A stretch of 64,000 bases of DNA, taken from IMG/VR virus record IMGVR_UViG_3300028549_001826. One strand, written 5' to 3'. Numbering within the stretch: the stretch's first letter is position 1; each line of letters starts with the position of its first letter. Both the position numbers and the translations under genes were made by a program. The notes beneath the pieces were generated by a model. It was given only the letters and a program-made list of their open reading frames with translations, was not told the DNA's origin and ran no database searches. This DNA is from a virus. Of the stretch, positions 59,097 through 64,000 are shown piece by piece.

Positions 59097-61550
59097 TTAT
59101 TGACACCCTTGACATTCTATTGATCTATCAACAACATCTTCTTTTTCTTTTTCTTTTTCTGCTTCTGAAGATTGACCTCTTAAATAATAAGTTGATTTAA
59201 GTCCAAGTTGCCATGCAAGAGTATAAATCTCGTGAAGGTATCTTCCACTAGCTTTTTCAAGTTTCATAAATATATTTGTACTTTGACCTTGATCAATCCA
59301 TCTTTGTCTAACAGCAGCAGCTCTAATAAGATCTTTTTGATCAATATCATAAGCAGGTGTATAATATTCCCATGTTTCTGGATTAAGATTTGGTGCAACT
59401 ACTGGAATTAAACCAGACATATTTTCTTCAAACCATTTTCTTTTATATACAGGCTCAATTGCTTGAGTAGTTCCAACCAAAATTGAGATAGATGAAGTTG
59501 GAGCGATAGCCATAAGATAACCATTTCTCATTCCATCTTTTTTAACTTTTTCTCTTAACTCATCCCAATCATATAAATATTCAGGTTCATTATCACCAAA
59601 TAATATATTAGTAACATGTTCAGGTGAATGGTCATGAGGCATTGTTCCATAAGACCAATTAGAACCAGAAAATTTATAGTATTCACCTTTTTCTACAGCT
59701 AAATCAGAACTAGCTCTAATTGTATTATATGAAACTGTTTCCATAATTGTATTCAATTTTGTAAGATGTTGTGCACTACCAAAATGAATTTTCTGTTCAG
59801 CAAGCATTTGTGCTTCACCCATAACACCAAGACCAATAGCTCGAGTACTTAAATTAGTATCTTTTACTTTTCTAAGCGGGTAGAAATTTAAATCAATTAC
59901 ATTGTCCAACATTCTCACAGCAATAGGAACAACTCTTTCAATATCTTCTTTAGTATTAATCTTACTAAGATTAATTGATGCTAGATTACAAACAGCTGTT
60001 TCACCATTATATTTTTCTTTTTCAACACAATAAACTGCATAATCTTTTTTATTATATCTAATTGTATTTAATGATGTTATTTTTTTAGCCGGAATTTCCA
60101 TATCAATATCTACAAGTTGAACTAATTCATCTTCAATAAATAAAAATTCTTCTAACTCCGAAATACCACTTTTAGTATTTAGCTCGTGAGCAAAAACTTT
60201 AATATAGTAATAATTTGGAGATGTATTTTGAAAAATTTCTGTACAAAGATTGCTTGATCTAATTACACCTGTATGTTTATTTGGATTTGCTTTATTAGCT
60301 GTATCTTTCCAACATAAGAATGGACTACCTGATTCAAAATAAGATGTAAGAATCTTTTTCCATAAATCTTTTGCTAAGATAACTTCTTTTGTTATATTTG
60401 GAGAAGTTTCATAATGTTTATATAATGTTTCAAATTCAATTCCGTATTTTGAATGAAGATCTTTTACTTCATAAGGATCAAATAAAGTCCATTGACCATT
60501 ATCATGAACTCTTTGCATAAATAAATCTGGTATCCAAAGTGCTGGAAATAATTCATGTGCTCTTCTTCTTTCTTCACCTGAATTCTTTTTAAGATCTAAG
60601 AAATCTTTTATATCTTTATGCCAAGGTTCTAAATAAACAGCTATAGCACCTTTTCTCACACCAAGTTGATCAACCGCAATAGCAACATCATTATTAATTT
60701 TTAAAAATGGTATTGGACCACTAGAAGCATTCATATTACTATCAATAGAACCACCAAGCGCTCTTATATCATTCCAATCCCAACCAATTCCTCCACCAAA
60801 TTTAGAGAGAAGCCCCATTTCGTGAAAACCATCAAAAATACCTTCAATATTATCAGGAGATGCTCCAATATAACAACTACTTAATTGATGTCTAAAACTT
60901 CTAGCATTACTAAGTGTTGGTGTTGCCAACATAACTTCGAATTGAGAAATAACATTATAAAATTCTATAGCTTTTTGATTTTTAATTTCATCATCTTCTC
61001 TTTGAGCTAAAAACATAGCTACTGCCATAAACATATGCTGAGGTAATTCGAATATTTTACCATTATTACTTTTGCTAAGATATCTATCTTTTAATGTTTT
61101 AAAACCAAGATAATTAAATAAATAATCTCTATCAGGATTAATAGCATTGTTTAATAAATTTAAATCATAACCTTTATCTAAAGTATAAATCAATTTTCTT
61201 TCATCTTGACCATACTTTATATAATCTTTAAGATGACCATAAGTATGTCCTTTTATAGTTCCTAAAACTCTTCCAACATCATGATACAAATCATATAACG
61301 ATAATCTAGCTGCTGTAAAGGTCCAATTAGGAACATCTATATCAATTTTTTCAACGGCTGTTTTAATTAAAATTTCTTGTATCTGACTACTCGTCATACC
61401 ATCAATAAACTTGATATGTGAATCTACTTCAAGCTCGCTTTGATTTACACCAGCTAAACCAAATGTAGCTGAATAAGTATTTTTTTGAATTTTTGTAATA
61501 TCAAGCAATTCTCTTCTACCATCTTTTTTAATAATATATATGTCTTTCAT
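59097..61550 (-). CDS. nrdA: Ribonucleotide reductase class Ia alpha subunit with ATP cone
   Basis: ATPTL, LSSC, SNLCTEI, CNLASIN, APTSS, KSTYY and C-terminal CQGCQ. Confidence 0.97.
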   Translation of the reverse strand: MKDIYIIKKDGRRELLDITKIQKNTYSATFGLAGVNQSELEVDSHIKFIDGMTSSQIQEILIKTAVEKIDIDVPNWTFTAARLSLYDLYHDVGRVLGTIKGHTYGHLKDYIKYGQDERKLIYTLDKGYDLNLLNNAINPDRDYLFNYLGFKTLKDRYLSKSNNGKIFELPQHMFMAVAMFLAQREDDEIKNQKAIEFYNVISQFEVMLATPTLSNARSFRHQLSSCYIGASPDNIEGIFDGFHEMGLLSKFGGGIGWDWNDIRALGGSIDSNMNASSGPIPFLKINNDVAIAVDQLGVRKGAIAVYLEPWHKDIKDFLDLKKNSGEERRRAHELFPALWIPDLFMQRVHDNGQWTLFDPYEVKDLHSKYGIEFETLYKHYETSPNITKEVILAKDLWKKILTSYFESGSPFLCWKDTANKANPNKHTGVIRSSNLCTEIFQNTSPNYYYIKVFAHELNTKSGISELEEFLFIEDELVQLVDIDMEIPAKKITSLNTIRYNKKDYAVYCVEKEKYNGETAVCNLASINLSKINTKEDIERVVPIAVRMLDNVIDLNFYPLRKVKDTNLSTRAIGLGVMGEAQMLAEQKIHFGSAQHLTKLNTIMETVSYNTIRASSDLAVEKGEYYKFSGSNWSYGTMPHDHSPEHVTNILFGDNEPEYLYDWDELREKVKKDGMRNGYLMAIAPTSSISILVGTTQAIEPVYKRKWFEENMSGLIPVVAPNLNPETWEYYTPAYDIDQKDLIRAAAVRQRWIDQGQSTNIFMKLEKASGRYLHEIYTLAWQLGLKSTYYLRGQSSEAEKEKEKEDVVDRSIECQGCQ

Positions 61551-61657
61551 TTATAACCTTTAATATAATTTTAGTTTTTTAGTTTTTTAATTTTTGATTT
61601 GGTCGTTTCTTGACTCTATAAATATATAGTTAAATATATATTTAAACAAACAAGTGC

Positions 61658-61685
61658 TTTGATAGAGAAATTAATCTCTATCAAA
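61658..61685 (-). terminator. Terminator after the Hc1-like gene
   Basis: TTTGATAGAGA-N6-TCTCTATCAAA, an 11-bp stem. Confidence 0.65.
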
Positions 61686-61688
61686 ATA

Positions 61689-61970
61689 TTATAATGTGTC
61701 TTTTGAAGCTTTTGCAGCTTTTGAATCAGCAAGTGCTTTTAACATTTTTGCTTTATGTTCAGGTGACATCTCTTTTTTAGGATATGCTGCTTCTTTAGCA
61801 AGCAATGCTGCTCTCCAAGCTTTTACCGTTTTTTTCATATCAGATGTAATAACTCTTGCTCTTTTACCAGCAGATCTTTGTCCGTGTTCATCAATTGCTT
61901 TTAGGTTCTCTAAAAGCTCTTGGCATTGTTTTGTTAATTCACTAGCAACTGTTGCATATGTTTCATTCAT
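61689..61970 (-). CDS. Histone H1-like (Hc1-type) basic DNA-binding protein
   Basis: GQRSAGKRARVITSDMKKTVKAWR resembles the Hc1 pattern GNKAA..R.R; Lys/Ala-rich tail; AAGGA SD before ATG 61970. Confidence 0.6.
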   Translation of the reverse strand: MNETYATVASELTKQCQELLENLKAIDEHGQRSAGKRARVITSDMKKTVKAWRAALLAKEAAYPKKEMSPEHKAKMLKALADSKAAKASKDTL

Positions 61971-62107
61971 TTTAAAATCCTTTTTCTTTTTTTCTTTTTT
62001 TATTTTTTCTTTTATTATTAAAAACATGTTGTGCATTCAATGGTCATTTTTAATATTTAGTTAAGGCCCAACTTGTTAAAAGTACTAAATGGCACGATAT
62101 GATAAAA

Positions 62108-62596
62108 TTAATTAACATTTTCCTCATTAGGAAAATCAATTACAATATCTATTTTAACAGGTTCTACATTAAGAGTATTAATAGTAATAGATTCATTTAC
62201 AATCTCAATATCCTCAGATTTCTCAGGCATTTCTGTTGATTCTAATTCTTGAATCTCTTGTCTAGAAAATCCTTCTTCTTCCATCACTTCAGCTATACTC
62301 ATTTGCATTGTTACCATTTCAAATGGTGATAAATCTTGTGGATCAAGAATTGTAAATCTATTTAAATCAGATACTCTAGTTTCAAGTAAAAACACATTTG
62401 CTTTTGTATTATCTATATTATTTACTTTCACAAATTTGTATCTAGATTTTACTGCTTCCGCAATAATTTGTATAAGTTTATCTTCATCAATTTCTTCTTC
62501 TAAATCTAATTCAACATTGTTAAATCTATATACATTCATAGATATAACATCCTTGTTTCCAAAAATATCCTTTGATACTTCATCATTTATTAACAT
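62108..62596 (-). CDS. Hypothetical acidic protein
   Basis: 162 aa, AAGGA SD. Confidence 0.65.
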   Translation of the reverse strand: MLINDEVSKDIFGNKDVISMNVYRFNNVELDLEEEIDEDKLIQIIAEAVKSRYKFVKVNNIDNTKANVFLLETRVSDLNRFTILDPQDLSPFEMVTMQMSIAEVMEEEGFSRQEIQELESTEMPEKSEDIEIVNESITINTLNVEPVKIDIVIDFPNEENVN

Positions 62597-62651
62597 TATT
62601 TTTTCCTTTTTATTTATTGTATTTTTTAATTTCTATATTACTTGATATGTA

Positions 62652-63575
62652 TCATTTCTGATACATATCGTTAGCTTTCTTATAATTATAAAAGTCTTCT
62701 GATATGTCTTTTAACATATCTTTAACAACATGATCAACAGAGCTATAAATTACTTTATATTTTTCATTACTATTTAGAAAATCGTAAAAAGTTTTTTCTT
62801 TAATATTGTTAAGCATTTTTTGATAATAATTCTCTATAGACATCATTAAATTATCATTATAATTTTCATCATAATTAATATTTAAAGCTATCTCTAAAGC
62901 TCTTTTATTATCTTCCAATCCGTCCCACATTTTTATATATGTTCCTTCTTTGTATCCATTATTTTGTCTAAAAATATTTAAAGTATATTTTAATTTATAT
63001 AATTTTAACATAGTCTCAACATTATTTCCGAGACTTTTCCATATATCAAACCAAAGAACTAAAGTAATAACAGATTGCTCATACATAATACTATTTACTA
63101 ATTTTTCACTAAGTTTTGTAATAACTTGTTTAGCTAATACATCATCTCTGTTAATCTTTTTAATAGTTTTTTCTTCCTGTTTATCTATAACCATCTGTTG
63201 GATTAGAATAATTTTAAATTGTTGTTCTTGACCAGTTTCAATCATTTTTGCTAGATTAAAAAAGAAAATATCAATCATTTCAATTTCTAAATTCAACCAA
63301 TCGTTCTTAGTCTTTTTCCACCACTTCCAATCAAGACTATCAATTGCTTCAGCTGTTTCCAACAATGATGCTAATTTCCAATTTAATTTTGATTGCATCC
63401 AATTTGGATCAACTTTAATATTAAGTGTTTTTTGTAGCTCGATAATTTCGTCTATAAATTCTGGTCTAGTGCCTGTTTGTTCATACACTGCTTTATTCGC
63501 ATCAGCTGTAAGAGTAAACTCATGCAAGTTTACCATTTCTCTAATATCTTCTATCATATTATTAACTTTGTTCAT
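62652..63575 (-). CDS. dut: Dimeric (all-alpha) dUTPase
   Basis: LQ..LN, ETAEAIDSLDWKWWK, IEMIDIFFF, K..LN.FRQ.NGYKEGTY.K.W.G.EDN. Confidence 0.9.
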   Translation of the reverse strand: MNKVNNMIEDIREMVNLHEFTLTADANKAVYEQTGTRPEFIDEIIELQKTLNIKVDPNWMQSKLNWKLASLLETAEAIDSLDWKWWKKTKNDWLNLEIEMIDIFFFNLAKMIETGQEQQFKIILIQQMVIDKQEEKTIKKINRDDVLAKQVITKLSEKLVNSIMYEQSVITLVLWFDIWKSLGNNVETMLKLYKLKYTLNIFRQNNGYKEGTYIKMWDGLEDNKRALEIALNINYDENYNDNLMMSIENYYQKMLNNIKEKTFYDFLNSNEKYKVIYSSVDHVVKDMLKDISEDFYNYKKANDMYQK

Positions 63576-64000
63576 AATTAATTTCCTTTAATATAGCTCT
63601 AAATTGTGCTATTATTGAGTCGCTTGAGTAAGCACTATTATTTATTAAATAATCAAATTTATAATCATCTAGCGCTCTTTCGCTTTCATGTGTATCTATT
63701 AAACTATTAAATTCATATCGATTTTTTCCAATAACTTGTATTGTTGTAACAATTATATTATTATTGATTGTTGCATCTTCTGCTTCGAATGGAAATCTAA
63801 AATCAGATATAATAAAATTTTTATCAGTTGATGCATTTATTTTACTATAAACCATTTTAGACCATACTTGATTATCATTGAATAATACTTTTACATGAGA
63901 AGCTATAAATTGTAATGCTAAACGAACATTGATGTTTCTAACTTCTTCTCCTACAAATTTAGCACCAATATCTAATAAGATTTGATTAATATGATTATAT
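63562..64000 (-). CDS. Deoxynucleoside monophosphate kinase (5' part outside the window)
   Basis: The frame stays open to the window end (..VRLALQFIA..VWSKMV); IISDFRFPFE, HESE..LDDY.FD..INN motifs. Confidence 0.8.
   Translation of the reverse strand, partial: YNHINQILLDIGAKFVGEEVRNINVRLALQFIASHVKVLFNDNQVWSKMVYSKINASTDKNFIISDFRFPFEAEDATINNNIIVTTIQVIGKNRYEFNSLIDTHESERALDDYKFDYLINNSAYSSDSIIAQFRAILKEINYEQS

Noticed and set aside
60000-60240. Insertion in NrdA next to the catalytic NLCTEI read as an intein or intron
   Set aside because: It is short (about 80 aa), has no C/S...HN splice motifs, the frame is uninterrupted, and it matches an insert I recall as native to Campylobacterota NrdA.
61696-62064. 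122-aa + strand ORF
   Set aside because: It is the antisense mirror of the Hc1-like gene, has no SD, and its composition is explained by the opposite strand.
1599-63231. Many 60-190 aa ORFs nested antisense or out of frame in long genes (e.g. 1599-1790, 26301-26879, 42065-42466, 62950-63231)
   Set aside because: These are shadow ORFs, rich in I/F/L/S, fully inside well-supported genes and lacking SDs or motifs.
1-64000. Stop-codon reassignment, as in some jumbo phages
   Set aside because: Standard-code ORFs tile the window densely, conserved genes are full length, and TGA serves as a stop in ATGA overlaps.
1-64000. tRNA genes, rRNA, DGR reverse transcriptase, chimallin or PhuZ
   Set aside because: I recognised no cloverleaf or T-loop signature, no YxDD RT, and no tubulin or shell motifs. 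A by-eye search can miss divergent cases.

Overview
This is a very AT-rich, densely coding segment of a large contractile-tailed (T4-like/jumbo myovirus-type) phage genome read in the standard genetic code. The NrdA, NrdB and dimeric dUTPase look Campylobacterota-like, which suggests such a host. Layout from left to right: (1) 27-6770 (+), an overlapping-gene run of five radical-SAM enzymes, a GT2 glycosyltransferase, a U32-family Fe-S protein and an unknown ORF; (2) 6850-8770 (-), small early-type ORFs behind four copies of a promoter/operator module; (3) 9023-10842, two UDP-sugar enzymes; (4) 11.4-44 kb (+), head, tail, baseplate, lysis and fibre genes, with a Hef-like homing endonuclease, a gp26/gp51-like pair that may be joined by a frameshift, and a receiver-domain protein beside the endolysin; (5) 44.3-64 kb (-), spike/PAAR genes, a PRTase, an Acb2 anti-CBASS domain, RNR, an Hc1-like protein, dUTPase and a truncated dNMP kinase. 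A ~135-bp non-coding element bounded by palindromic ATCC-N4-GGAT boxes occurs three times (8.8, 15.6 and 44.1 kb). I saw no tRNA, CRISPR array, terminase, portal or polymerase. All family assignments come from motifs recognised by eye; no database search was run.
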